From Aplysia californica (taxonomy: Eukaryota), in NCBI RefSeq assembly GCF_000002075.1, contig NW_004797695.1, forward strand, positions 598,970-662,969: 64,000 nucleotides of DNA, in the 5' to 3' direction. This document shows, in pieces, positions 48,301 to 60,589 of this stretch (the stretch's first letter is position 1; every line of letters starts with the position of its first letter). A model generated the notes under the pieces. That model saw only the letters and a list, made by a program, of their open reading frames with translations. It was not told where the DNA came from and did not search any database. The position numbers and the translations under genes were made by a program.

Positions 48301-51134
48301 GAATACATAAACATAAAGCAAAGAAGCAGAGATTTCAGTACTAGATCTATATGTTATAGATCTACCAGTGAGTCTAACTCTTTGGTAGAACATGACAATT
48401 ATTATTTTTTAAATTTCACATTTGGCTGTTTTTGTTAGCCTTTCGCGGCCAGGAGCTGGTGTCATAATCGAGGTCACGATCTGATTATAGGACGGTAAAA
48501 AGTCGAGGAAAAAAAACAAGCACAGGCAGCAGTCAAGAGATTATTAAGAGTTAGTTCCCCTCACATTTGTGAGGTAGACTCGACCAGTGTTAGTTAGCTT
48601 ACTTAATCAGGGCTGGTGATTGATTTTAACTGTGGCCCCAAAGGGGTGAACAGGGTATATGTGGCAATGAAACAGCTTTGACTGCCATGCACATGTTCCC
48701 TTCAACTCTATTCCAGCCTCACTTTATTTGTTGATTACGAACGTCTTTTGACATTTAATTTATGAGGTTTACGTTTAAGGATGAATTTGACAGCGACAAT
48801 GTTTCAAAATTAGAAAGGGAAGCAGTGATTATTTGATTATATAGACGCTTCGCCCCTGGCAATGAGTATTTGAGAGGAGCTAATAAGACTACAGAAGTTG
48901 GACAAACCATTCCTAGATTAAAAGTTCACCAAAACATAGTCAATTCTAAGCATTAAAAAAACAAATTAGGAAAAAAAACAACCGAAACCAGTGTAAAATA
49001 AAGAGTATCATGATATTAAATCTAACTTAGATTAGTAAAACAGAGTATACATGATACAACAGTCAAATCTGCTCTAAAGGCCACTTGTCCAAGACAATTA
49101 CTTGCACAAACGACCACTTCCAGGGACGGTTCGTCCATAGAGCACGGTCGAGCAGTACCGCCCAAACTTTTTTAATATTCTATTTTGCAAAGCACTTACA
49201 AACAGAAAATAAAAGAAGCCCGCAACAAGTATTACCCAAATATTTATCAATACAAGGTCCTCGCTGGCGCCTTAACAACCATTACTGTGCCTTTAGCACT
49301 GTAAAACATCTACTATAACTATGCCATGCCAAAGTCTAAGCGCTTTAACTAAACATGTCGTTTAGCAGTGGTAGTCTGACCTATAAATAGCTCGTTGGGT
49401 TAACCCAAGCCATGACAACACTTGAGGCGAGTTTGGCGGTGTACGTTAACTAATATTAATAAGATGGCACATCTTAAATGTGCTCTTGTCGAAACAAAGC
49501 CCACAGTAAGCAGTGCCAAAATAAACACAATCTCAGACTGTTCACTATATGCCCATAAAATGTGAGCCCCAGGGCAATCCAGCGGAGTGCTCAAATGAAT
49601 TGTGATTACTTCATTGTCTTGCCACTATTTTTAAATTTAGGTCTTGCACCGACTCTGTGACCATGAACTTGTCAAACATAAATGAGGTGAGCGCAGAGTT
49701 AATTCAACATCTGTTGAGTTGTGCGGTTGAATGGTGTTTTAGTGGAGTGGTGAAAGTGTTATTACAATGCAAGATGAACGGAATTGATTTTTAGGTAACA
49801 ACAACAAAAATATGTAGCTTTAGGAATCAAAGCGACAAAGAAAAAGAATAAAAGTAAAAGCATTATAATATCCTCACCAACCCAAAGATATTAAAATTAT
49901 ACACCATCCCATTTACTATGCCCTTGACTATCTTCAATCTGCGATAGCTTAATTGTGCACGCCCACTTTTGAGACCCACGAGCCGCCCCTGACCACTTCC
50001 CATTTCCCCCCTGGCATTTTTAAAATAAATTTATAGTGAACTATCCAAGATGTCCACCTGTCTAAGACAACCACTTTTCTCCTTGACAATGGGTGGCCAT
50101 CTTGGACAATTTCGATTGTATGTGTCTTACCTCTTCAGATGGAAGCATTATGCTAGGATATTTATTTTCAAGCTCATCCAGTTTGGTACAAGCAAATGAG
50201 TTGAGAGTTTCAACTGGAATAGAAAAAAATAAGAGAATATTAATTAAAATTAACCGTGAATGACTACAATAGTAACAACAATGATTCTGAAAATCAAGTA
50301 GCTATAATGAGCATCTTAATCAGACTGGAATCAGTAGTCTGGTGGTTAAGCTACTAGATTCATAATCGTAAGATTGGCACTGGTTTAGGAAATTCAAAGT
50401 TCCGATCTGTCCAATGTTCAGTTCTTGGGAAAGGCACTTTACAGGACTTTTTTTCACTTGGCTAGGTCCCATCACTTCTATTGGAGATGGGGCATTAAAT
50501 TTGGAGGTCCTGCAACTTAATAGCCTTACAGCATTGCAAGGGGCATTAAACTTATAAATATACAATTTCAAATTTAAATTGAAGAATCAGACTATTTCAC
50601 AGAGAAGAGTTATAACAAATTTCACCCAAACACATAACTGTAAAGAATTACAATTACAAAGTAATAGTAAAATTGAAAAAGATTTTACAACAGTTTTCTG
50701 AAATACAAAATACTTTCTCCTGGTTGAACTACTCTCCTCAGATACTCTCCTTGAAAATATTGAAAGTAAAAAGTGTAAGTATTAAAAACAAATATTAAAC
50801 TGCGAGTCAGATGCATTCTTTCCAATCATTTTACCATTATGGAATACTATACTTCTGAGTGTAAATTTGGCTGATCTTTTGGAGCTTAAAGGAAGCCAAG
50901 AGTTAAATAATACATCTCTCTGTGAAACAACTTACTCTGGGGCTGACAACGAGTCACCACTGGAGCAGACATCTTTGCAGCCGTCTTCACACTGGACTCT
51001 GCAGTCTCCAGCGTGAACTTGGTGACACGATTCATGTCTTTGATGCGAGCATAGCATCCCCATGCTGTAGTCCAACTATCATTGAGGACTGGAATTTCTC
51101 CCAAACGATTAACGAAAGTTTCCTCCATAGGCAT
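36348..51134 (-). CDS. Perilipin-family (PAT domain) lipid-droplet protein, perilipin-2-like, 479 aa
   Basis: Exons 51134-50936, 50213-50131, 47741-47643, 47347-47143, 45018-44786, 43750-43628, 42779-42618, 40887-40786 and 36581-36348 are phase-compatible GT-AG and total 1440 nt. PAT domain: FVNRLGEIPVL...YARIKD...FTLETAESSVK...ACTKLDELENKYPSI. Later family motifs are ADGLVDKYIP, KKLRRRL, VDLIDYAK, TLEERIVVLGR and PEWL. Confidence 0.9.
36665..36885 (+). mobile_element. tRNA-derived SINE (second copy at about 58415-58630)
   Basis: tRNA-like head (..AGGAGACCCGAGTTCCATTCC), shared body ATCTTGGTC...GGGATGTTGT...GGTTGGCCC and tail GGGGACGTAAA. Confidence 0.65.
36960..37660 (-). mobile_element. 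tRNA-derived SINE with a Nin-like central motif, near full length
   Basis: Head GGGGCTCTCGTGGCCTAGAGATTAAGGCG...GGATTTGAATCC, central GCACATGTTAAAGATCCC and poly-A tail. Isolated tails occur at about 26395, 27585 and 39830. Confidence 0.75.
38295..38568 (-). mobile_element. tRNA-derived SINE with an L2-type tail
   Basis: A box TGGCCAAATGGTTAG, B box GGTTCGAATTCC, body TTGGCAAAGGCACTT...AATGGGTACC and tail TGTAAAGCGCATAGAG. Confidence 0.7.
41250..42359 (-). mobile_element. L2-clade LINE 3' fragment including its 3'UTR
   Basis: AKNLGVYFDSKLSM...IDYCNALL...LQRFQNHAARLV...DHITPMLRTLHWLPV...WNSLP...FKKSLKTHL, followed by a CA-rich UTR and an (ATT)n tail. Confidence 0.9.
45794..47125. mobile_element. 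pogo/Tigger-type MITE
   Basis: TA|CAGTAGTCACCGCCTAAACGCAC...GTGCGTTTAGGCGGAGACTACTG|TA. Confidence 0.88.
48083..48858. mobile_element. hAT-type MITE
   Basis: TIR CAGGGGCGAAG / CTTCGCCCCTG with a perfect 8-bp TSD GCAATGAG at 48075-48082 and 48859-48866. Confidence 0.88.
49060..50118. mobile_element. pogo/Tigger-type MITE (degenerate)
   Basis: CAGTCAAATCTGCTCTAAAGGCCAC on the left and GGTGGCCATCTTGGACAATTTCGATTG|TA on the right. Same TIR family as the 12502 element. Confidence 0.55.
50320..50545 (+). mobile_element. Degenerate tRNA-derived SINE
   Basis: TAGTCTGGTGGTTAAG head and CTTGGGAAAGGCACTTTAC body. Confidence 0.45.
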
Positions 51135-51613
51135 TCTGGCACAGTATGTTTTTTCTGGAAATAGAACATAAGTACTCCCATATTTCATGTTAACTTAATC
51201 AATAACTGTACTCAAAACCTATACAGGCAGAAAAACCATGGCAGGCTTTTCTGAGATTTAGAAATATTGTATTTCTAACCTTGCTAAAGTGCAATTTAGG
51301 AGACATTTTGATGTCGTTTTTTTTTCATTTTATAAATTGATAATTTCACACGTTTCACCTTTCAATACAATAATAGAGATGGACCCCTGATCCATTGGAA
51401 AGGCATTTATTCTTTGGCTGTGGTATTTGCCTCTGTCAAAAAGTGCAATTAAACTGCTCATAATAATATTACAAAAAAAGACTGCCTCGCAGTTACCCAT
51501 GTCAACTCTTTTCCTTATTTTATACTTTATCATGACATGTCTAGCCAAGCTTCGCCCCCTTTCATGTGTTTTGGCCTGCTTTAAAATGCTGTCACAAAAA
51601 GTAAAAGATAATA

Positions 51614-54040
51614 TACTGAACACCCAAAGAAACGCAAGTCATTAGGTTGGTCGCTTTTCACCCTAAAATATATTGAAAGATATTTTTCAGATAAAAATTA
51701 GTACACGCCCCTAAGGTGTTTAGGTCTCCTGAGTGTAGTCTGTGTGTGCTGAGTAAAAAGTACTCACCTTAAGCTCACGAAAGTCGGTCAATAAAAAGTT
51801 TGTGCTTTTAGCCCCGTGTGATTGAAAACAGAGGTAAGTGAATTTTTTTTGTGAGTAGTGTTCATGGCATATCAGGGTATAAAAAGACACACCGCTATGC
51901 TTTGGCCAATGAAGCAGTTGACCGCCAAGACGATGCCACGACTGAGCGCTGCAGATCGAGAGAGAGCCATTGGACGTTTACAAGCTGGGGACAGCCGTAC
52001 TGACGTCGCTATCGCATTTCATGTATCCCTTTCAACAGTTTGTAGGCTGTGGACACATTTTCAAACAACTGGCAGCACCCAAGACTTGGCCTGAAGCGGA
52101 AGACTATGGGTCACATCTGCACGCCAAGATCAACCGATTATACCAAAACAGCAAGGGGGACAATTGGAAGCCATGGACGAACGATATCCGGCCAGACCAT
52201 GCATCGGCGACTTCAGACCCGAGGACTCTGGTGCCGTCGGCCCAGCCCTCACTATCCGCCACAGACAACAGAGGTTAGCCTGGGCCCAGCATCGGCTTCA
52301 TTGGACATGGAGGCAATAGAGAAACATTCTCTTCTGTGACAAGAGTCGATTCTGCATCAGCAACGCGAATGGAAGAGTCAGAATCTGGAGGAGGAACGGT
52401 GAACTCTACACAGACCTCAACATGATGGAAGTCAACGCCTAGGGTGGCCTTAGTGTCATCACTTGGGATGCCATTGGACTGAATCACCTGGTCGGCCCTG
52501 TCGTCTTCCGAAACCTCGGACGCGGGCGTGGAAATGGAATTAATGCCCAATGTTACATCAACATGGTGCTTAGGCCAGCTGTCCTCCCCTACGTCCAGCA
52601 ATACCACCACTTGGTGTTCCAGCACGACAACGCGCGCCCGCACACTGTACAGGCAACTGTGGCATTCCTGCAGCAGAACAACATTAGAGTGTTCCAATGA
52701 CCAGCACTCCGCCCTGACCTTGACCAAATGCAATACTTATGGGACCATCGCCAGCGACAACTAAACAACATTCACTGTGGCACATAAGTTTGCAGAACAT
52801 TCAACAGGCGTGGGGCAACATCTAGCTGGCTACCGTCAACAGACTGATGAACTCTATGCCCAGAAGGTGTCGAGCTGTTGTTGATGCCCAAGGAGGGCAA
52901 ACAAGATACAGTCCAACCTGCCTTACGGAAACCTGTATAAAAACGGAAACCTGTCTTAACGGAATCTCCACGCTCCCCCCTTGATATCCCTCTTTAATTA
53001 CCTGTATAAAATGGAAACCTGTCCAACGCGGAAACGGAAAGAAAAATCCGCTCCCTTCCAAGGGTATCACCTGTCAGAAGACAGAAAATACTTTGCCCTG
53101 ATTTGAAACAAAACTTGGTTCCGCCGGCTCTAAACTTAACGCCATGGCCATGCCGTTGGGCGAGGAAAGGGAGTGGGGGTGCAATTTGGGGATAAATGTT
53201 ACCCCATCATGTGAGCCCTGAGCCATGCAGATGATCAGGGTGGTGTGGGTGTGAAATCTCACGACTGCCCGTGAGAGTGCTTGAGTAGCCAGCCACTACG
53301 GAAACTTTCCTGGGTAGCCAGAAGCCAGAGAGGTGTGAAATTAGATTGACCAATGCCTGCTGCCCGGATCGTACCGACAGCCCGGAAAAGAGTTTCTCGA
53401 ATGGTTGCTACATGATGACAGTGAGGGGTGGCATTGGTTGACTGTGCTTGTAACACTGATGGGTAGAAGCAAAGGAGATGTTCAAACGTTTCTGTTTTTA
53501 ATAGGTCAAACAGTGGTCCTATGAAAAGCAAGCACTGGTGGTAATTGGATTTAATAAAAAGTCATATTATCAGACAGGATAGCAAGTGCGAGAAGAGAGA
53601 AGTCAAGTTTTGACCACTGCTTGAGGATCAGACAAGCGATCTCTGACCCCACCAGCTGGCCCTTTGAACCCCCCCCCCTCTCCATCTCCCCCTAAATTCC
53701 CCTGTCTAAGACGAAAAATGTCTAAGACGGAATTTTCTTTCTGACTCCCTTGCGATTCCTTCTTACACAAGTTCAACTATATTGAACTGTGCCAAATGGA
53801 CTATAATGCATGTTTTGTGCATCCCTGTTTTTAAGATTACTGTGTGACATAAATGAGTCGATAAAAAAATACCAACCGAAGATGTTCGTCCATGCTGACT
53901 GAAAATCACATTTTTCGAACATAAAAACATCTTAAAAAATCACACAACTGTTAAACAATTTCAATAAAAATAACCTTTTCTCCACCAGAAATACATGCAT
54001 TTCTTTTGTTGCTTACTTGCGTTTCTTTCGGCGTTCGGTA
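51614..54040 (+). mobile_element. Tc1-family DNA transposon with a pseudogenised transposase (51933-52908)
   Basis: TIRs TACTGAACACCCAAAGAAACGCAAGT and ACTTGCGTTTCTTTCGGCGTTCGGTA. Transposase motifs MPRLSAADRERAIGRLQAG, ILFCDKSRF, FQHDNARPHT and AQGGQTRY, with stops and frameshifts. Confidence 0.9.
52909..53779. mobile_element. pogo-type MITE nested in the Tc1 element
   Basis: TA|CAGTCCAACCTGCCTTA...CTTACACAAGTTCAACTA|TA, with GGAAACCTGT subterminal repeats. Confidence 0.8.
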
Positions 54041-54157
54041 AAGATCTAGATTTAATTATTCCTGATGGACAGTGCAGGAGTTTAGAAGCAATAACGGCAA
54101 TGGCAATTCAATTGCCTTTAATAGGCCTGCCTACATGACATGCTAAAAAATAATTTA

Positions 54158-54656
54158 AGAAAGTGGCTATTCTCACCCGCCCGGAAGTTCTCGCAAGATC
54201 AACTCCTCCCCTCTTCTCTCTCTCTCTGTCTCTTTCTGAATACTGTCTATCGATGTGGACGATCAAATTGACCAAAACAAAGTTAAAAAATGATGTTAAA
54301 ACACAAAAGTAAATTAATTAGGTTGTCTACAAAGACGCTACGGCTATTTAACTTTTCGAATCGAGCCGAACTACGCGGGTCGTCATTTTGTTTTGCCCGG
54401 AAATTCTCGCGCTACTCCTCTCTCTCTTTCTCTCTCTCTCTCTCCACTGCCCACAGACAAAATTGTACGCTTTTAGTAGGCTACAGTTGTAATGGAACGT
54501 TTGTTCACGGCACAGAATTCTTCAATTTTTCTGTTATCACAGTGTAGAATTCTGTGGTTTAGGGTGAACGCAAAATTTGGTGAACGCGCACCGGGTGAGA
54601 ATAGCCACAAGACTCGCCTGCACTATTCTCACTCCGGGTGAGAATAGAGGTGGCCA
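54158..54656 (+). mobile_element. Kolobok-like non-autonomous element, copy A
   Basis: TTAA near both ends and CTATTCTCACC inverted repeats. High identity to 60590-61120. Confidence 0.65.
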
Positions 54657-55238
54657 TAATTTAAAGTCTGTAGTGTATTGTAAGTTGGGCAACAGAAAAT
54701 GTAAAAAACGAACTCCCTTAAAATAATAAAACTAAAAAGAAACCATAGATCTAGATTCTAGATCTAGATTTTTAGATCTATCTAGATATCTAGGCCTAAA
54801 AGTAAAAATACAAATTGTACTGAAATAATATCAATTAGGAGACTCCAGTCCTGGTGTTGTCTCAAGGATCATATTTCGGGACCACTCGTGATCTATACAC
54901 ACATTAAAGCGCGAGAAAGTGGGGAGGGTGGGGCGGGTGGTTGAGGTGGAGGGGGGGTGTTTCAGGGGGGTCTCCCTCGGGACAAATTTCTAATGAATTA
55001 ATGAATGATTGAATGAATAGATCTACTGGTCGAGATTCTCCATTGAGAGAGATCATAAAAACTGGGGAAAATCTTGAATTCCTCTAACGTTGAAGTTGAG
55101 AGAGCAGGCAAAATCAGTCCGCTGGTTCGCACGTATTCTTCAATCTTAGCCATAGTTCCACCTTTTTTTAGGCCTTATGAATAACATTAGATTCTAGACT
55201 GGAGATCTAATATTGACTTTTCGTAACCTAAAACCTAC

Positions 55239-55520
55239 CTCGTAAACGAGAGATACCGCGGGCGTCTCCCAAAACGCAGAGATTCCAACAGTTAGAGAGA
55301 TCCAAGCCAAGTGTAGATCTAGATTTCTATGTGCTTGTCACAAACGCGTCGAATCAAATACAAGCAATAGATAAAAGAACCCAATAAAACTCGGAAAGTG
55401 TACCGAAGAGAACAACAAGATGCTCTACAGCTAACTGCCAAATGAAAACTGATACTGTCACTCGCCCTAATTGTCACGCAATTCAGCGCCGACAAAAACA
55501 CCGTAGGCCTATCCGTCAGC
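55239..55520 (-). other. Candidate non-coding first exon of the perilipin gene
   Basis: Strong minus-strand donor GAG|GTAGGT at 55238. The perilipin ATG exon has an acceptor at 51155, so an upstream exon is needed. The 5' boundary is a guess. Confidence 0.45.
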
Positions 55521-55529
55521 AAAGCCTTG

Positions 55530-55655
55530 TTGATGACGTAGGGTTCAAAGTCCAACCGTGATCATGACTCACAGCTGTGCGTTTGTTTTTTAAGGCCAAG
55601 TTTGTAGGCCCAACAGCCTAAAAAGCAGAACACCGCCTGTCTGGGCCCGCCCACC
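55530..55655 (-). promoter_or_regulatory. Candidate perilipin promoter motifs (CRE-like TGACGTA, AP-1 TGACTCA, GC box)
   Basis: TGACGTA at 55534, TGACTCA at 55565 and GCCCGCCC at about 55645, just upstream of the candidate first exon. Confidence 0.3.
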
Positions 55656-56317
55656 ATGAGAACTTTTGTAATGAGGCTTCATCAAAGAGGGGAAATTATC
55701 TCTTTGAGCCTTGTCATTATAAATACCTCGCTTTTAATTTCCCTCCGAACTCCATTCTGGTTTGGATTGATCTATATAAATATCATAACCTGACGGGAGG
55801 GGGTGATACTGATACCCTTGATAAAGGCGGTAGATCAACAAGGAGGTTACAGTAATTCCTTGAGGCGATGTGACACCTGACGCAAGGTCGATGTGTTCTT
55901 ACGCGCAATACAAAACAAAAATTATGCAACACCCTACGCTTCACCCAAGTCAGTGAACCATAAAATTATGAATTAAATCTGTCCAACGTGTCATAAAACA
56001 ATCGAAATTGTCCAAGACAGCCACCCACCCATGGTCGAAAAAACGTGTTGATCTTAGATCTAGTCTTAGACACGTGGACGTCTGGTATGGTATAATACAG
56101 GGGGAAATATAAAGTAAACAAACCATAATTATGATTATGATTCTCATGATGTAGCCTACCAACCGAAGATGGTCGCTGGGGTTCAGGACTGCCGTAAAGC
56201 TCATTAATTGAAACTGAAACGTTTTATTTGTTATGGTTGTTTTTGTTTGTTTGTTGTTGTTGTTTATAGATCTAGATCTAGAAGGTCGAGGACCGTTACT
56301 GAAAAGTTCGGGGCTGT

Positions 56318-56319
<2 letters not shown>

Positions 56320-56393
<74 letters not shown>

Positions 56394-56495
56394 GTGTGTG
56401 TGTCGGTCTGTATGTGCGTGTGTCGTGCGTATGTATGTCAGTGTATGTGTGTGCGCGTGTGTGTGTGTGCATACGTGTGTGTGTGTGTGTGTGCT
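56320..56495. repeat. (TG)n(AG)n compound microsatellite
   Basis: Seen directly in the sequence. Confidence 0.9.
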
Positions 56496-56949
56496 TTAAT
56501 TCGTGCCTCAACATGTTTGTGTGAATTTGTGTCTGTTCGTCCGTCTCTCGATGTGTTTTCGTGTATCTGTCTCTGTTCGTCTGTTTATTATAAGATCGAG
56601 TATTAATCAGCTTTTATTGTCTGCTTGTGTATGTATATGTTCCACGCAATTTACCGATCTGCGCAATCTTAAGATTAATCGTGAGTTTGATACCTGGCTT
56701 GGTATCTTTCTTTTGGGCTCTTCAGTTTCATACATTAAATTTTTATTTTTTTTTATTTTGTTAAAAATATTTTTACACTTTTGAAAATATGAATGTTCCT
56801 TGAAGTGAGTAAAAGAATAAAGACGGTGGTGATTTTTTTAAAAATATGAAATAAATTAAACGTACTAGATCTATGTGAACTTTGGGTTTGATACCTGGCA
56901 TTGTATCATTCTTGTGAGCTCTTCAAAAATATAAAATATTAACGCAATC

Positions 56950-57800
56950 TTCAGATAGAGATCAAGACGAGGCAGTCCACCGGTCACTACTCTCCAAAAG
57001 AGTTTGGGATAGCTTTCCAACAACGACCTGCTCTGACCGTTTGATTTTATACTGACACTGGAAAGAGTTACAAGCGACAGTTAGTAGGACGATACGACAG
57101 CAGCGAGCGTTCCTACTTCGGCCAAGGCGGCCCTGTAATGGTCAACGTTTGCCACCTTTCCAATGACCGTTACTCTTGAGCTGGGCAAACCATCACATTC
57201 GACATCCTGCTCACCATTGGAATTGGAATGGAGATCTTTTGCTTGAGTCACACTGACGGCCGCACGATAGTTTGGAGACGTCAAGAAGAAGACCAGCAGA
57301 TTACTTCTTACATGAAATAGATGGGGCTGTGGCAGTGTTATTGTGTGGGGTAGAATATTTTTCATCCTCAGAACCCAGCTGTACAATTTCAACGCTACAG
57401 TAAATGTAAATGAGTACCTGAATTTTCTACGGGTGTACGTGTTTCCCTTCTCTCAAAACGCATAGACGAATGCATACATCCCAGCAAGACAGTACTCACC
57501 CCGTGTTGACATGCAGTGTCTATAGCAGCAAAATGTGAATGTTTCGCCATGGCTAGCCGACTCAGAAAACACGTAACTCATAGAGCACCCATGGGATCGC
57601 TTAGGCTGAAGAGTGAGCACCTGAAACGACACAAACACTGTAGGCCTACAACGAATGGGACAAGCACTGGTGCAAAGGTGGAACCTACTCGTACCAGAAC
57701 TGTAAATACAAACACAAACTCGATCATCGCGCATAAAATACCAATTCTGCATCACTGCAAGGGGCGGCCATACCGGTTGCTGGCGTGAAACCAATGGGTA
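56950..57800 (+). pseudogene. Old Tc1 transposase remnant
   Basis: Residual motifs GCGSVIVWG, IEHPWDRL and ARGGHT in Tc1 order, with many lesions. Confidence 0.65.
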
Positions 57801-57999
57801 TTAATTTGTGTTCAAACACCATCGTATATTCACCATAATGAACCATGACCAAGAAACAAAAGGTTATACACTTTTTTAAAAATACTTTGAAATCTTGTTT
57901 GTGTCAGGTTTCGTTTTTCTATGTTAATAATAATCACAATAGGTCTACATGTTCATGCTTTTTTTTTCAAATGGAAAGTTTCTAATTCAACTGTATACT

Positions 58000-58350
58000 T
58001 TACTTTTACTTGTACTTTTTCATCCTCTGTTGCCGTTAAGCGTCGAGGGGAGATGCAGTTTTCTATGGTAGGCCAGCTCTGCAGCTCTTTCAGTAGTGAT
58101 TTTATGGGGTTTTTTTGGGTTTCTTCGACACCCTCGATCCACCTATTTTGCGTGGCCTTCCTCTTCCTTTATAGCCTGAGTTCTTGGTGTTGTAGGGTCT
58201 CAAGGCAGGCTGGTCAGGTGACATGCGTAACAGGTGGCCAAACCATTTTATCATCTGTCTTTCTACGTAACGCAGGCAGGACTCAGTGCCGATAACTGCT
58301 CTTACTTCTTCATTTCTCTGCCTGTCTCGTCTTGTGATGTTATTTGTATT
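58000..58350 (-). mobile_element. RTE LINE 3' fragment
   Basis: TRRDRQRNEEVR...VERQMIKWFGHLLRM...GYKGRGRPRK. Confidence 0.8.
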
Positions 58351-60589
58351 CAACAGTATAGACCTATTATATTAGAGCAATATACGTATTATGTGTCCAT
58401 TAAGGCGGTTCTACTGGTGTCTGTAGAGTAGCGGTGCGCTTCGCTGTCGCACGCAGGAGACCCGTGCTCTATTTCCGAGTGGGAAGAATTTTTATTGAGA
58501 ATCTTGGTCATTCTTCAGGGATGTTGTGGCCTCTCAGCCTGGTTTGGCCCCGACAGGCTGGGTTGAAGCTCGCCTTCTAATTTATTCTAAATGGTATAAA
58601 TTGTGTCAATGGGGGCGTGTAAAAACACCTGTTGAGTCTGTGAGTGTTTGAAAAGAAATGCCCCGGGAGGTGGTGAGCAAATTTTTTTTAAAGGATGTGA
58701 GAGTAAACAAACGAATGGGCAGCCACTATTCGGCGAACGAGCGACACTTCTATCGCAAGTTTATGTTGACGTCCATCGTTATCGACTATGTAAACAGAAG
58801 GGCCACTAATCTCACATAACATGGTTCGTAAGTGGTCAGTTCATTTGTGGGAGGGGCTAGGGGTGGGGGGGGGGGGGGGGGGGTCAACCACTATAGAAAT
58901 GGTTTTCGATAGACACATCACTTGAAACTCTTGCATACGACAAATCAGCGGTCTCTTTTCCTACCAACACAAGCGTTGTCAACCAGCGCACGTGTCTACT
59001 CTGAGGTGTTTTGGGGTTGGGTCGGATGGGCAGCCTGCACACGTGTGGCTGTGTGTGCGTGTCGGGGGGGAGGGGGCACTAGCGGTCCGGGCGTTGAACG
59101 TCGCAGATACAAAGGCGTCACAGTCTTTTTTTCCTTCTCGGCAACTGATCACTATTACATTGATAAACTAGTCTTGACGTAGATCTATATAATGAATTGT
59201 CCACTGGTCTATGGAATCAAAAGTTGCTTTACGTTAGGCTCTAGGCTACACAGCAACGCAACTTTTTGGTAACACCATCGAAATGACTGTGGCGTGTGCA
59301 TTTGGACGAATCGGGTCTTTTTCCCACTGCTCATAATAATATGCAGACTGCAGACATTTCATGCACTACTTGTGACGTCTCTTTTTTACATTACTTGCTT
59401 ATAGTGCCTGTAATTATCTGCACAACCTCATGTTTGCTATAACGAACACTCGGATTCAACGAGATTTTAGGTCAGTCCCGGCGACCTCGTTGAATCCGAG
59501 TTCCACTGTACTTTTTTCTTTGAAATTGTTCCCGTACCTGTACTTCGAAACTGCTACCAGGTCAGATTTAGATGGCATAACGGATTAACCCACTTTGATG
59601 CAGATATCCCGTGTAGAAATGTTATTTTACGTGCCAAGGAGGTTTATAAATAAGTTATTCTAGGCCTAAGGTCCTTGGGCTAAGCTCATTTTGCATAATT
59701 CCTTTTTTTTTATACTGAGAGATAATTTAAGTTCACTGTCCGGCATTCACAGTCACAGCCGAAAAGAAGAAAGGGGTGACTGACAACTGACAACCTTATA
59801 AATAATATTGTAAAACCCTTATTTTGGTTATCATTGAAATATTTCTGTTTTTCTGAATTCATCCGTTTCATTGAAGCTAACTTTAGCTCATGCTTATCTA
59901 TATTTCATTGCTGTAGTATGCTTGCCATCAATTTTGCATGTAATTAAAATGTACACCTAATAGGCTCTAGTTCTGTCATCATAAAAAAAGTAGCATACAT
60001 CAACTTGGACTTAAATGCATATCAATGTGTAATAAACACAGACTTTTGAGCTCTTTTGTGAAGTAAACGCAATCTGGCATATCGCGAGCTAAAAAAAGAA
60101 TCAAAACAGGAAGTTGGCACAGGCGCCACTTGCAAAGGATTCTAGTTTCTCGAAGAACACAAAATTGTCTCTTTTCATAATGCTTATTTTGGCAAAAATA
60201 TCTCATTCGGCCCTTTCCCCCCTTTAGAAATATACAGAGCAACGAAATTGTCATCAAGTAAGTATTTCAAAGCCACACAAGAGGGGCCACTTAGCAGTTA
60301 TAATAGATTAATGAAGAGTTGTTGTTGCCCCAGCCCAAGTAAGTTTCCTACTTTGACTGCTGTTTTTAGAGTTAGAGAGGCTACTTTACTGCTGACTGCT
60401 GACTTTTATTTATTTCCTACTTTTAGATCTTCTACTGACTGTCAAAAGAACCCACTGACTGACTCTGACTGTTGACTGAAACTGACACTCCTCTCCAATC
60501 AATTTATTGACAGCCAAATCTTCCAATTCCAAACAATGGATCATTGATTTTGATGAATCAGTGAATCAGTATCAGGCTTTTTAAATTAA

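Noticed and set aside
54012-54020. Minus-strand donor GTAAG as an alternative perilipin first exon
   Set aside because: It is part of the Tc1 right TIR.
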